Shown here piece after piece: positions 14,412-51,445 of a DNA stretch of 64,000 bases. Source of the DNA: Amoebidium appalachense (Eukaryota > Protista > Ichthyosporea); assembly GCA_963693365.1 (NCBI GenBank), contig CAVNZM010000006.1:4240267-4304266 (forward strand), in the 5' to 3' direction. The stretch's first letter is position 1. Each line of letters opens with the position of its first letter. The notes beneath the pieces were generated by a model. That model was not told the origin of the DNA. It saw nothing but the letters and a program-made list of their open reading frames with translations, and made no database searches. Made by a program: the position numbers and the translations under genes.

Positions 14412-14700
14412 TTCCCCCCCCCCCCCTCCCCCCCTCCCTTCCCCCTCCCTCCACACACACCTCCCTAACCCTTCCCCCCTTCCCCAACCACCACCACCGC
14501 CATGCAGGGGCAAAGGGGATATTATGGCATTGGTGGCCCTGATTCTTTCCGCACTATCTGCCATCGGTGTGGTCTTCTTGCTTTTCACTGCAAGCCAAAA
14601 CCGCAAAGCGAGCACGTCCCCAACCGGATCAGATGGTACACCTGAATGGCCTCGGAGCTCGCCAAATAAGAATGGGAAGTCTACGTCACCGGAGGTTTGA
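10765..14700 (+). CDS. YcnI/DUF1775-like secreted copper-binding domain protein with C-terminal TM anchor (281 aa, 6 exons)
   Basis: Exons 10765-10911, 11614-11827, 12390-12498, 13128-13195, 13880-13994, 14508-14700; all GT-AG and phase-consistent. Signal peptide, then H-I-A-V-I-P...LRMPHG..AGTTKVIITMP..NTKPVP...VHG...VDQIIWT...DF...FYQQHSDG..RNW...DPAPSLKL, which follows the YcnI motif order (HV.V.P, FRVP[NH], TT.V.V..P, V..I.W, Q.YSDG...W, PAP.L). It ends with TM IMALVALILSALSAIGVVFLLF. Confidence 0.8.
11079..11185. repeat. ~52-bp tandem duplication in intron 1 of the YcnI-like gene
   Basis: Two copies of tagtctattgcattgagtg(a/g)gttt..ataa.cttaaattgtatgtacatg. Confidence 0.8.
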
Positions 14701-16121
14701 TTTCATTGGGTGAAGGAGGAAAAAAGGAATGTGATGGTGTTTGTCGAAGTGTAGATTATCAAAGAATCGAGCAGTAATAGTGCTACGAGTCAGTAACATG
14801 TGTCGATAGAGGATGTGTAAAGTGATCAGTTATGAAAATGTACATAGCGTTATCGTGACGTTTTATGAAATTATTATTATTATGGACGGGATACATTGCA
14901 TCATCATGGTGTTTTATGACTATGACATTGTTATTATGAGCGTGAGCCTTTTGAATATATTCCAACTGAAAATTAGTTGGCGAGAGAGATCTGCGAAAAT
15001 ATAGCCTAACCGGTGAAATATACCTAGCCGGCATAGGCGCCAAAAATAAACTATGGAGACTTTCCAGATATAGTTCGCAAGCTCTATTTAGAGATGTATT
15101 TAGGCCAACTGATTGGTTGGAATAGTGTTCCAACAATCAGTGGCCACTAGGGAGCCGACTATGGTATATAGGCGGCGACTCGTTGTACTCGTCTTAGCTT
15201 TGTTTCCCCGTCGGCCCGTACTTAGCCCCACCCACCCGCCCGAGCTGTGTTGCATTTCCCCGTCTTTAGCTAGTCTCTTGCTGATTGGCTACGGCACACA
15301 CACACAGAGAGACACACACCCACACATGCACACATACATGTACACACACACACACGCGCGCGCGCGCACACACACACACACACATTATATATGAAGATTC
15401 AACACCAAGCCCAGTGCCCCACTACTAAGCCAAATGAGCAAATGAATCCAGCCATACAAGTGATGGTACCGGAGAAAGGAGAGAGAGGGAGAAAGGGGAG
15501 ATGGGGGGAGGGGGGGGGGGGGTGGGGGGGGGGGGGGGGGGGGGGGGGTACCGGTGAGAGGGGATGATTTTGAGGTGAAGAAAATCAAGATATAAAACAC
15601 AAAAAGCCCCCCCTCCCCCCCCCCCCACACACACACCACCACCAGCCCGTCCCGCCCCGTGTCAAAATTACTGTTTGGCCATTTCCTAGCTAACCCCCCC
15701 CCTTCCCCCCTCCCCCACCTCCCTTTTCCCGTGCCAAGCCCGAACAAGCAATGCGACACCGTTTCCCGGGCCACCATCCTCAAGCAAATAAAAAACTAAC
15801 CCCCCTCTTCCCCCCCCCCCCCCCCCCCCCCGGAACATGCACCACCTTCCCTCAGTTGCTTTCCCATTCCCTCTTCCCCTCCCCCCCAGCCCCCCCCCCC
15901 CCCCCCCCCCCCCCTCCCCTTTCCCCCCCCCCTCCTCCCCCCCCCCCCCCCCCCCCACACGCACACACATGCAAACACTCACGACCACCACCTTCTCTGA
16001 CTTGCGTCCCAGGATCCCCTCTTCCCCATCCCCCCTCCCCTCCCCCCTCCCCCCTCCCACCCCTTCCCCCCTCCCCCCTTCCCCCCCCCCCCCCCCCTCT
16101 CCCCCCCTCCCCCCCCCCCCC

Positions 16122-16462
<341 letters not shown>

Positions 16463-16981
16463 ACCCACCCACCCACCCACCCACCCACCCACCACCACCT
16501 TCCGTCAGATGATTTCCTGGCATCCCCTCTTGCCACAGTAAAATGCCTATCTGTCCCTCGTTATCGGGAGCAAAGGTTGTGAAGTAAAAACAGCTGGATG
16601 AAACGACATGCCATTCGGAAAGGACCGGAATACTTGGATATTCTTTATCTGGTTAGTTATCTTGTTTTATTATGTCAACAAAACATTTCTGATTCGTCGT
16701 GCAGGCGAAGCTCTACCATTTCATCACAATATACAATACTTAGTCTAATCGGTGGTACATATTACTGCTTTGGGTTTGCAGCGACAGTCATATACTAGTA
16801 TGTGCTCGAGTGCATGTTGCTCAGAGCCTACAAAACAATCTAGAACTAGAAATGGGAGTTTCGGCTGGAATCAGAATCAAGGCAGATAATTTGGCACATC
16901 ATTCTCTCTCGTACACTAGCTAGGGGTCATAGTAGTCTTCTTCGCATAGACCCAGTCACACAATTCGCACTCCAAAGTATC

Positions 16982-18014
16982 CTAGGCCGCATATGGCATG
17001 GTGACGTCCACCTGGCTCTCCTGGATCTCGCTGGCAACGGTGCGCCTGCGGGCATAGATGACTGCGGCAGCGGCAGCGGCCAGCAGGCCGGCACCGACAC
17101 TGGCACCAGCCACGGCACCAGCAGTGACGGCCCCAGAGCTGCCCGACGTAACGGCCGGGGAAGAGGCCGAGCCGGATGGGGCTGCGGCAAGGCCCGAGGC
17201 GGCAACATGCGAGGTGGTGGGTGCAACAAGTACCTCCACAGTGTCCACAGCAGAGGAGAAGGCCACGGACGGCTCGGGGGTGATGGTCGGTGGCACCGTG
17301 GTGGTGGATGGGGGAGGAACGGTGGTAGTGGGGGGAGGGGGAGGAACAGTGGTGGTGGGAGGAGGGGGAGGAACGGTGGTAGTGGGAGGAGGGGGAGGAA
17401 CGGTGGTGGTGGGGGAAGGAGGGGGAACGGTGGTGGTGGGGGGAGGGGGGAGGGACGGAAGAGGATGTGGGCTCGAGGTAGCACTCTGGGCCCTGTACCT
17501 CGCCAATGCTGAAGCGGTTGCCGTCTGTCGTCAGGACAGCGGTGTTTGGCACGGCCGACAAGTTGAGCTTGCGCTTGAATGTGGCGCAGTAGTTCGAGGA
17601 CGCGCCGGGGGCGGGCAGAGAGTCTGTCCACAGGTTGCCGTTGAACTGGTTATCACCGTCCATAGTCACCTCCGCATAGCCCTCGGTGCTCGAGGCAACA
17701 CTCCACGTGCCCATCTCCCCACGCAGCCCGCCGTTCTCGTCGGTGAAGCAGCTCAAAAACCGTACGCCAAAGCTGGTCAGTGCCTGTGCCTGGCCGCCGG
17801 GGGGCGCGCATTCCGAGGGGGCGGCCTCGAAGTTGCTGCTGTATGCGACGCTGTAGCAGAACTGGGTGGTCTGGGCGGCCTCGTCGTACTTGTAGCTGCC
17901 GGGCACATACGTCACGGCCCAGTCGATGGCTTTGCCGCTGCAGTCCACGGCTGCCTGGGCGCTGTGGATGGCCGCAACGGCCGCAAGAACAGTCGTCATG
18001 CCGCGGATCGTCAT
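16982..18014 (-). CDS. Intronless type-I surface protein: signal peptide, Cys-containing ectodomain, (TTTVPPPPP)n stalk, TM (~343 aa after a 1-nt correction)
   Basis: MTIRGMTTVLAAVAAIHSAQA signal peptide, then a ~165-aa globular domain. Removing one C in the homopolymer at ~17445-17450 restores the 27-bp repeat unit and joins the 16982-17506 frame (TTTVPPPPP x~5, S/A-rich linker, GAVAGASVGAGLLAAAAAAVIYA-RRR). GC-rich coding bias; TATA-like element at ~18116-18123. Confidence 0.75.
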
Positions 18015-19991
18015 TTTGTTTTGTTTACAAATAAGTATGCGCTAGGAGAAAGATTGGGTTGTGCTAGTAATACGTTTGTAGCTGGTGTGGATGATGTTGC
18101 TTGCCGGCTGGCCCCTATATATAATCGTTGTCCAGCCGTGGGTGCGAGCATCAGGATTCTAATTGGCTTTCTCTCCAAAGAGAAAGTCATTTTGATTGGG
18201 CATGATCTTTTTTTACATCTCCCTATCGAAGCAGATGTGCACAGAAAACGAATCTTCTGCTACATCACAAAGGCCATTAGTCTTATTACGACTAAGTCTT
18301 ACCAGACTTTAATACACATTTTTATATAAAATTAGATAAAATAAATTTTTTTATTAAAATTTTTAGTTGTCTAAATAGATCACTGTTCACCCGATTTTAT
18401 GTTATTCTATATCATAGGTCAATAGACTATGAATTCTGAAAAGGCACGAAGTTGAAATTCGTTGGGCCCCAGTGCTTGCCCAAAGATCTTTCAGTGCGTG
18501 GCGCTGGAAGTAGCTGCATGGCGCCGTACACTTCTTGATTATCTTCACTTTTTGTTAGGGTTCCCCACAGCTGTGCTCACCGTATTAAAAGAATAAAAAT
18601 AACCTTTAAATTATAATATATTATTTCAAAGAAGCATTTCATGTAAGCAACAATGAAGAGAAAATGAATCGAACCCACAATGCAAGGTCAGGTGAACCCA
18701 AAACCCAAGAGATCTAGGGAGAACAGAAGCCACGAACAACGCTCCTGAGAGCTGAACTCTGCATCGAACGAGCTTTGCCCAGCCAGCCGCGAGTGGGTGC
18801 CCAGCAGTGCGCCAGCACTCTTATACGTGGGCAAACGCTGTGGCCAGCCTGAACAGGCTCTGACACGAACTGTGCTGTCTGTGCCCGCCAGTCGAACCAC
18901 CGCCTAAGGATTTTTGTGGTGCAGGTATATACGCCATGCATAAGCATAGCACAAGCTCTGCGTTTGTACATATAGCGCATTTGTAGATCTGGTACACTGG
19001 TGAGTGCACGTAGCTAAGTAAACTATTCCCGGAGCTTGCTATGTCACATAGTATAGGCAGCCTAAATATGTACGCACAAGACGCATTCCAAAAAGGTGTC
19101 TCGAGCTCAGCGGCCGCCGGTTTTCTCGAGTTCGATGCAAGCGCTTTGGTACGGTTTGGCCTGCACCACGAAAAAACCGATGTTGTCTTGGGTTGTCCCT
19201 GTCTTGCAACTTGATGTGCCACCCGCTCTAAATGTGCAAGACTGTGCATTTGGGCGTGCGTTTTTGTGTGTGCTTTTACAGCTTGTATCCGCGCACACGT
19301 ACTTGTGTGTGCCGCGGGCCGGACGTAAAGACCTTGCCCTACACCAAACCGGAGTAGATCATGAGCGTGTTGTACAGTCATACACCAATTTTCTATTTTG
19401 TTGGAACTAACTGCTATGTGCCGGCTATAAATACAGGTAACCTTTGCCATATTATGCAGATGTCGCTAAGTGTGGCATCCGGATCCAACTCGTACATATA
19501 GCTGCTTGGTTATAACCTTTTAATCTAGATCTCCTTTTACCTCTGTGCGATTCAGTCGCATGTCTGATAATGGTTGTTGATAAAAGACTGATCATGCCCG
19601 TAAAAGAGCATGCAGACATCATCACATCTCTACGTTGCAGCTACGTTGCAGCAGGTTAGCTAAGCAAGACACAAAAAAATCATAGACCTTCTCGAGAGAT
19701 CTATTCAGACTGGGGTTTACGCTGTTTACTCGAGGCAAAGAGAGACCAGTCTCAGGTATGGGGGGTTTTTGCTCGGAATATCCCCTCAGCGGTATATCAT
19801 GATCACGTACATAGATGTCGGGTGATGACTATATATCAGTGTTTACTTTCTCTACGAGACACCATAAAGACTAAGAAAAATCATGAGTCAATTAGTTGGG
19901 GTTCCCCGTTATTTTTTTTTTTTTTTTTTTTGGGGGGGGGGGGCTCCCCTGGAACACTCGATATCAGCTGGTTGTGTGTGTGTGTGTATGT

Positions 19992-20050
<59 letters not shown>

Positions 20051-20051
<1 letters not shown>

Positions 20052-21723
20052 TAGAATTTTGTAATGATGTGTTTCTCAAGCCAATCAATACATCTAATAA
20101 ACAGGTCGTAGTTACGCGTGTTTAGTATAAAATCAAGGATGTTGTAATTTACAGGTAGGCGCGATCTTTCTGGGTGTCTGTTGTGAATGTGACGTGTGTA
20201 TGTTGCGGTATTATGTGGTCTATTAAACTACATTTGGCGATACATGACAGTTTAAACTGGTGTGTGTGTGTGTTGTTTGGGCATGCAAACGATGCCACCT
20301 TATACTTTTTAGATCTCCACTGTATAGCACGTGTACAGTAAAAGCGTGGCAATTGATCAATAATACCATCAGCTAGAGAAAGACCAGTTCTACAGGAAGG
20401 TAATATGTATTTAGGTGTTATACATTTGCGAGTGCCATATTTGCCAATATGGTTAAGGCGGTCATTATATATAAAACGAGACAGTAAGGCTTAGTTTCTC
20501 AAGGTGTCTGCTTTCATCGGGTACGTGTCGTGTGGTATCTTTTTCCATTTGTTATATTGCGTGATTACCTTGTGATTGTGTACATGTTTAATAAGTAAGT
20601 GGCAATCCAAAGTCACACGCACACTTTTGCGGGGTTTATTTGTATTTGTGCCTGGGGGAGAAGGAGAGAGAGAGGGAAGGAAAGAGGGGAGAGGTGAGGA
20701 GGGGACAGGTCGGATAGAGAAGGGAGGGTGGGAGGGCAAATACTTCTTTAAGCGGCTTATGTGCTTATTGAATTTCAGCGCGAGATGGGATACTCTAGCA
20801 GCTATTGGGACCAGACCATATATCGAGAGCGTTACAGGCCCAGGTTTACAACAGTTGTTAGATAGAAAGGAGGCAACTTCTGCTTCAAGGAAATTTGCCA
20901 AGGGTTTAAGCGCTCTAGTTCTCTCTTTCTTGATCCAAGCGGCGAGAAGGGGTAAACCATATTCACATGCCGGGAAGACAAAAGTGCGAATAAATGTAAG
21001 TCTAATAGAAGGATGGAGGGGTGTGTCTTTAAAAATATTAGCCGAGAAGAAAGCTAACTGCTTACGAGCCAACTCTACCCTCTTTTCGACCATATGGGAA
21101 AACATAACACCAACAGAATTAACCGGGACACCAAGATATTTGTATTCTGGAACTATAGGTACAGGTTTAGATGACAATGTAAATGTGTGTAAATTGTTAG
21201 CTATATCAGGTACAAGAACACCACATTTGTCTATGTTAAGGGTCATAAGGTTTGCCTTGCATCACTCTGACACTACATCGAACAATCTTTGCAGGCGTCT
21301 AGGGGTACGGGCAAGGAGGGACAGATCATCAGCATAGAGAAGTGCAGGCGGAAAGTTATTAATAGGGTCATCATTTTCGGCATAAATCTTGACAGCCAAA
21401 TCATCTATAAATAGGTTAAACAAAATGGGGCTAAGCAATGAACCCTGCAAGAGACCTCTAGTACGAGCAAAAGCGTATGAAAGATGCCCATTAACCACAG
21501 CTCTACCATAGGTTTGAGACAAGAGTGCTTCTAACAGAACACCAATGCAGTGTGGTACATCCCGAAGCTTTTCCCATAGGAGACCAGGGGAGACAGAATC
21601 GTAAGCAGTTTTCCAATCAATAAAGCCAACAAATCGTGCACCAGCATAGAATCGTGCAGTGCCATTATTTGAACATAATGGCCGCTGCCCTGCATGCCAC
21701 CTCGTGGCACGGCGAATATTCAA
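20051..21723 (-). mobile_element. 5'-truncated, decayed non-LTR retrotransposon (RT ORF2 pseudogene)
   Basis: RT motifs FIDWKTAYDSV, GLLQGSLLSPILFNLFIDDL, LLYADDL, LNIDKC, YKYLGV. In-frame stops at ~21262 (likely TGG>TGA) and ~20491, and a frameshift near 20150. The C-terminus ...NILDFILN...EKHIITKF* ends at 20051, directly followed on the element strand by (CA)n. Confidence 0.9.
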
Positions 21724-22732
21724 GATGTGTGTTCTCAGAGAGCCCTTGCTTTGGTGATAGGCAGATAGAGGTGCCTCCCGTTAACACTCGCACGAAGAAA
21801 CTTTAGACAGAGACTTTGTTTATCTACGACTTCCGGAAACACCGCCTTCGCAAAGTTCGCATGCCACCCTTTGAACAAGGCCTCCGAGGATATATGGAGC
21901 AAGGCCTTCTAAATAGCACACCGGTGTGCTATTTAGGAGGCCTTGATATGGAGGCTTTGCCTTTGGAACGGTGCGTGCAGTATGCAACCAGCTGACCAAT
22001 CGCATGCCCTCAACTTTATGTACTTTGCGCTACATGAGTTTAATCTAATCAAAATGTAGCAAAGCCTAAAGAAAAGGTCACGGGGGCTGGGGGTTTGGAC
22101 TGGGTACCTTGGGTGTGTGACCGTGCATGCGAGTCGTACGACGGTCTCGGTGAAACAAAGGGCATATTCAGGTACACGAGAGAATGTCTAATAGAAGCAA
22201 AGAAAAAAAAACTTCCTTAAATATGTAGAGTTGAATAACCTCAAATATTCTACATCTACACAGCTAAACCAACAACTGGAAGCAAATGCTAAACAGGGTT
22301 AGCAAGTGTGGTTCTCAAGTTCGAAAAGCTCAAACAACCAATCAAAGTTTGCGTGCTTAATTCTGTATTGACCTGTCCACCTTCCTAATTCGGCAGGTAT
22401 TTCTCAAACGAACCCGCGCCGGTGCCGCAGCGCGCGAAGTTTTCCGTTTCTGTTGAAGGGAGAGACAGTCCGTGGTGCATGCATGATTCTGTTTTTCGTC
22501 TTTTTGAATCATAGTATTTTTTTTTGCCTACCCTTTCCCCCTTGGAGAAAAGCATCTGTTTATAAGCATGTTCTAAAGAGTAGGCTTCTGGAGGGGGTTA
22601 AGTTAGGCACACAGCGGGTCTGTTTGAAGAGCAGCTTTTGTTGGAATCACAGGCTCCCTTGTTGGCTCGAAATTTGTCGAGTTTTTATAGCAAGTATATG
22701 CGGAGGCACCTTAGAGAGCATCAGTTAGAAAA

Positions 22733-41269
<18,537 letters not shown>

Positions 41270-41762
41270 TCGGGGAGATTTCGTCGTAATTTCCATTGCA
41301 CAGTGTAGGGTTAGGCAGGTGGTTTTGTTATTTTGTCATATCGATATTAACCCATTGCAAGATGTAGTAATTGTATTTGGTTTCGGGGAGATTTAGTCAT
41401 AATTTCCATTGCCAAATGAAGTATTTGCAGGTGGCCAAGGATTCCCTACGAGTTTGATGACTGGGCCGGGTCTGGGCTTTCTTTGTGGCAGAGATATGAA
41501 AGAGATATCATTACAACCTCCATTGCAGAATCTAATATTTACATGCAGTTGGTGGCTTCCTTCGAATTTTTGGTTATTAGATTTCAAATTGGCCACGGAA
41601 CTTCGTGCCGGGGCAGGGGAAGGCTAAGCGGATGATTGTAAATATGTTAGAGTTATTGGCCTTGCGTATTTGCTATTTATACATGTGAACATTCAGGAAG
41701 AAGCGAAAAGTTGCGCTTCTCAAACCTGCAAGAACTGATATAGCTAGGTTTGCACACAGGTG

Positions 41763-41818
<56 letters not shown>

Positions 41819-42460
41819 CGGCTGATCTCGAGTGCCCCAGGAGAACCCACAAAAAAAAGGAAAAAGAAAAAAACGAGGAACCCAAACCAAGTGATATCCT
41901 ATTTTTTTGCAATTGTATGGGAATATTTATATTAATATTTACAAACAACACCTGACATATCCCTGATGCTGAGGGGTTAAACCAGGGGAAACCCCCCTTG
42001 GCAAAGACTGGTCTCTGTGCCTCAAGTAAACAGAGTAAACCCTTTGCAGCTCAAGCTTGGTGCCTGTGAGAGGCAGAACGAGTATCTATCAGCACCGATG
42101 CTATTATGAAACATGCGCGGTTAACGGTAAACAATATTGTGTAATATTAGTGACCCGCCCTCCCCCGCCCCCCCTTTCCTCCCTGACCTCTTTCTCGCTC
42201 CCCCCCTCTCTCTGACTTCTTTCTCTCTCCACTTTGAGTTCTCTCTCTCTCTAGATCTTTTGCAACCCGCAAGAGGACGAGGAGGGGGGGGGGGGGGGGG
42301 GGATTATGTGGTGGTGTTTGGCTTGGTGTATCTGAAAGCATGCAAAGGTTCCGGATGACTGGCATGTGGCAGTGTTTGCTGTGTGGGCTATACAACCTGT
42401 CCTTCCGTGTGCAGACGTGGCACATCCACGGGACACTGCTAACTAAACGTGGCAATGTGC

Positions 42461-42535
<75 letters not shown>

Positions 42536-43452
42536 ACGTGTGGTTGTGTGTGGGTGTGGGTGCACACGTGGGTGTGTGTGGATTTGTAGCGCTAGCACTT
42601 GGATTGTGACACATTACGTCGAAAATACCATAGTGCCGTATCAATACCATACGAAATGTCATACATTTCTATAATCGCGGAGTCCTCTACACCCGATTCG
42701 ATACGTAAATATGTACACCGTGCAATTATCAATGTATTTATAATTACCATTCGTATGTAAACGTTTTGCAATCTAAATGTGACCAGTAACCTGAGCTTCT
42801 GGCATTCGCCACCAAGCAATACAATTCAAAAAACACATACATACGGAGGTTACATAAGCTGGTTGCGTACACGGATTGTGCATATGTGCACACATACCTT
42901 TCTGTACACCTATAGGAAGTTTTGGCGCGCAAAAAAAAAAAAAAAAGGTTTTATAAAACAATAAAAAAGTAAAAATATATACATACAACGGCACATGCCT
43001 ACATAGTCCATACTGCGTACACCCACATACATGTGCATGTCGGTATCATCATTCCACTGAGTGACTATTTGCACGCTTACACGGCTGTGCTAGTTAGACC
43101 CATACGGAATTTAAAATGGCAAAACCCGGTATTCATGAGGGTTTTGTGCTTTCCCTCCCTTTCTTTCTCCCCCCCCCCCTCCCTCCGCACTCTCCCCCTT
43201 TCGCCTTCTCTCTCTCTTCCTCCCCTTTTCTCCATTCTCTGTGTACATGTGTGTGTGCCTGTGTGTCTGGGTGTGTGGATGTACACATGCCTTTATGATA
43301 GCTTTTGGCGTTGTTGGTTAAGAGGACGAGACCACCCAATGAGATCGAAGCAAAATCATTCTATTTTAAAATAAATAAGACTTTTTAACCTTATCTACTC
43401 CATTTTAAGTTTAAAGACCCCCCCCCCCCCCCTCCCCCTTCCTGGCTCCCTC

Positions 43453-49252
<5,800 letters not shown>

Positions 49253-49678
49253 GGCGCAAGTTGAGGTAAGAAATAGGGTCACACTCTTAGTGTTCAAGCC
49301 TTATAATTCTCTTTTGTTCTCGAGAATCTAATTACTTAGTTCGAGGTGAAAGCTGACTTCAAACGTGTTCTGTCATCTGCAGAAACGGGCACGTGATTGC
49401 GCAAACAATCGTGACGTCACTAAAAGCAAACGCAGCCTTCCGATTGGTTGTTAAACCAATATTTAGCTTGCTGCATGCATTCCGATTGAACGGCATGATC
49501 CAATCGGAAGAGCCAATGCCAACGGTTAAAAAGTAAAAACCAACAACACACAACTCTTTTTTTTCAGAGGGCCGTGACTTTTGTCATCCACATTCACGCT
49601 GAACTCTGAAGGAGCCCAAAAATTTGCCACATAAACTCTTTGAAAAACAGGTTTTTCGTTTCTGTTTCTCTCTCAAAA
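49253..49678. promoter_or_regulatory. Bidirectional promoter between TRIT1 and the MDR oxidoreductase
   Basis: 426 bp between divergent ATGs, free of long microsatellites. Contains palindromic gtgacgtcac (CRE-like, 49411), cacgtg (E-box, ~49389) and several CCAAT/ATTGG boxes (49443-49517). Confidence 0.65.
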
Positions 49679-50477
49679 ATGGCGCAGGAAATCCCCAAGA
49701 AGATGAAGGCGGTCGTCTTCACAAAGAGGGTCGGCAAATTTGACGTGGATTTGAAGGTGCGCGCGAACGTGTGTGTGTGTGGGTGCATGTTTTTGTTGTT
49801 CACCTGTGTGGATTTTGTTTTCTTGTTGATACACAAAGAATTATGTTTTTCTTGTGTGTTTTTAGGGGAGCGCAGCCTCCACACCTACGTTCAAAGGATA
49901 GTGGTGAAAACTAAGGTTTGGAAACCCTGTAGACTTTGGCCGGAAGAGTAGTAAAGTGAGCTTTGGCAAATAGACCTGATTTTCGAAGCGGGGAGCAAGC
50001 TTGAAGGGTGGGTGAGCGCACGTGAGATAAAGAGGTGGCATGGAGCCGAGAAAAAAGTGTTTGCGCGTTCATTCTATAAAGAAGAGAAAATGTATGATTA
50101 CCGTCACACCTGAAAGCTTAGCCAAGCATGACAACTCTGGGTTGCAGAGTACATTTTAAAGAGTTTGTGTCTTCATACTGGGGATTTGCCATAATGTTTT
50201 TGGGAATTAGACCGTTGTTTAGCTGGCTGAAAAACAAGGTGCTCGCTCGGATATGAAGTCGAGCGTGTTCGGAATGGAGTTTAGTATATTCGAAATTAAG
50301 GTTTAGGGCTTGCATACATAGGAGCAGACGTATGCACACTTTGCATTATATGTTATTGGGCCGACCCGTGTTGTTGCACTCACAAGTGTCTCTCCTTTTA
50401 TATACACAAAAAATCTAACACACACTCCGGCATACAACGAACCCCCCCCCCCCCCCCCCCCCAGCCCGGGCCATCAT

Positions 50478-50536
<59 letters not shown>

Positions 50537-50649
50537 CTCCATGGAGGTGAGGGAGGTAGATGTGCCTGTGCCTAAGCCCGGTCAGGTCCTTGTGAAGATC
50601 CACTACTCCACTGTCAACCCCAGTGACACGGCATTCGTTAAGGTACTGC

Positions 50650-50682
<33 letters not shown>

Positions 50683-50914
50683 CCCCCCAACCGACGCCCT
50701 ACGTTCCCTCCTCTTCCCCCCCCCCTCCCCACCGTCGCACCTGCCTTCCACCAATCACCTTCACTTCTCACCCATCTCTCACCCTTCTTATCCCATTCCG
50801 TTAGTAAGCTTTCACACATGGAGACTCACGTCCCCGTCCCTCTCCCGGTTTCTATTTTCCACCGGTTTCACCTCTCTATGAAACGACCTTCGCACTGGAA
50901 GAGTTGGTGTAACC

Positions 50915-50945
<31 letters not shown>

Positions 50946-51387
50946 ACCCCCACCCACCCACTCACCCAATCCCCACCCCACCCCACCCCCCTCACTCTGT
51001 ACTTCATTTCCCATCATATTTCTCTCCTTGGCATTTTTATCGCCTCCAATCCCCATGTTATAAAATCACACGCCGTGGCAAGCCTACCCCCTCTCTATCC
51101 CCCCCCTTCCCCCCCCCCCCCCCCCTCCCCCTCCCTCCCTCCCTCCGCTCCCTCCCTCCTACCCCCCCCCCCCCCCCACTTCCCTCCCCCCCCACCCGTA
51201 TACTTACCCACACACACGTTTCCTGTCCCAATATCCCTTCCAGGTTTCCGCTTTGCTCGCCTTTTCCCTTTGACCCTCTTTTTCACATCTCCATCGTAGT
51301 TTTATGTACTTCTCCCTTGTTTCTTGGAGGCTACCCCCCCCCCCCCCCTTCATTTCCACCACCTCCCCCTCACCCTCACCCTCACCC

Positions 51388-51445
<58 letters not shown>

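Noticed and set aside
17058-18329. 423-aa plus-strand ORF
   Set aside because: Antisense shadow of the GC-rich surface-protein gene.
21262-21264. Stop-codon reassignment (TGA=Trp) in the RT
   Set aside because: Host genes here use TGA as stop and TGG for Trp. The element also has other disabling lesions.
20576-21337. 253-aa plus-strand ORF
   Set aside because: Antisense to the LINE RT.
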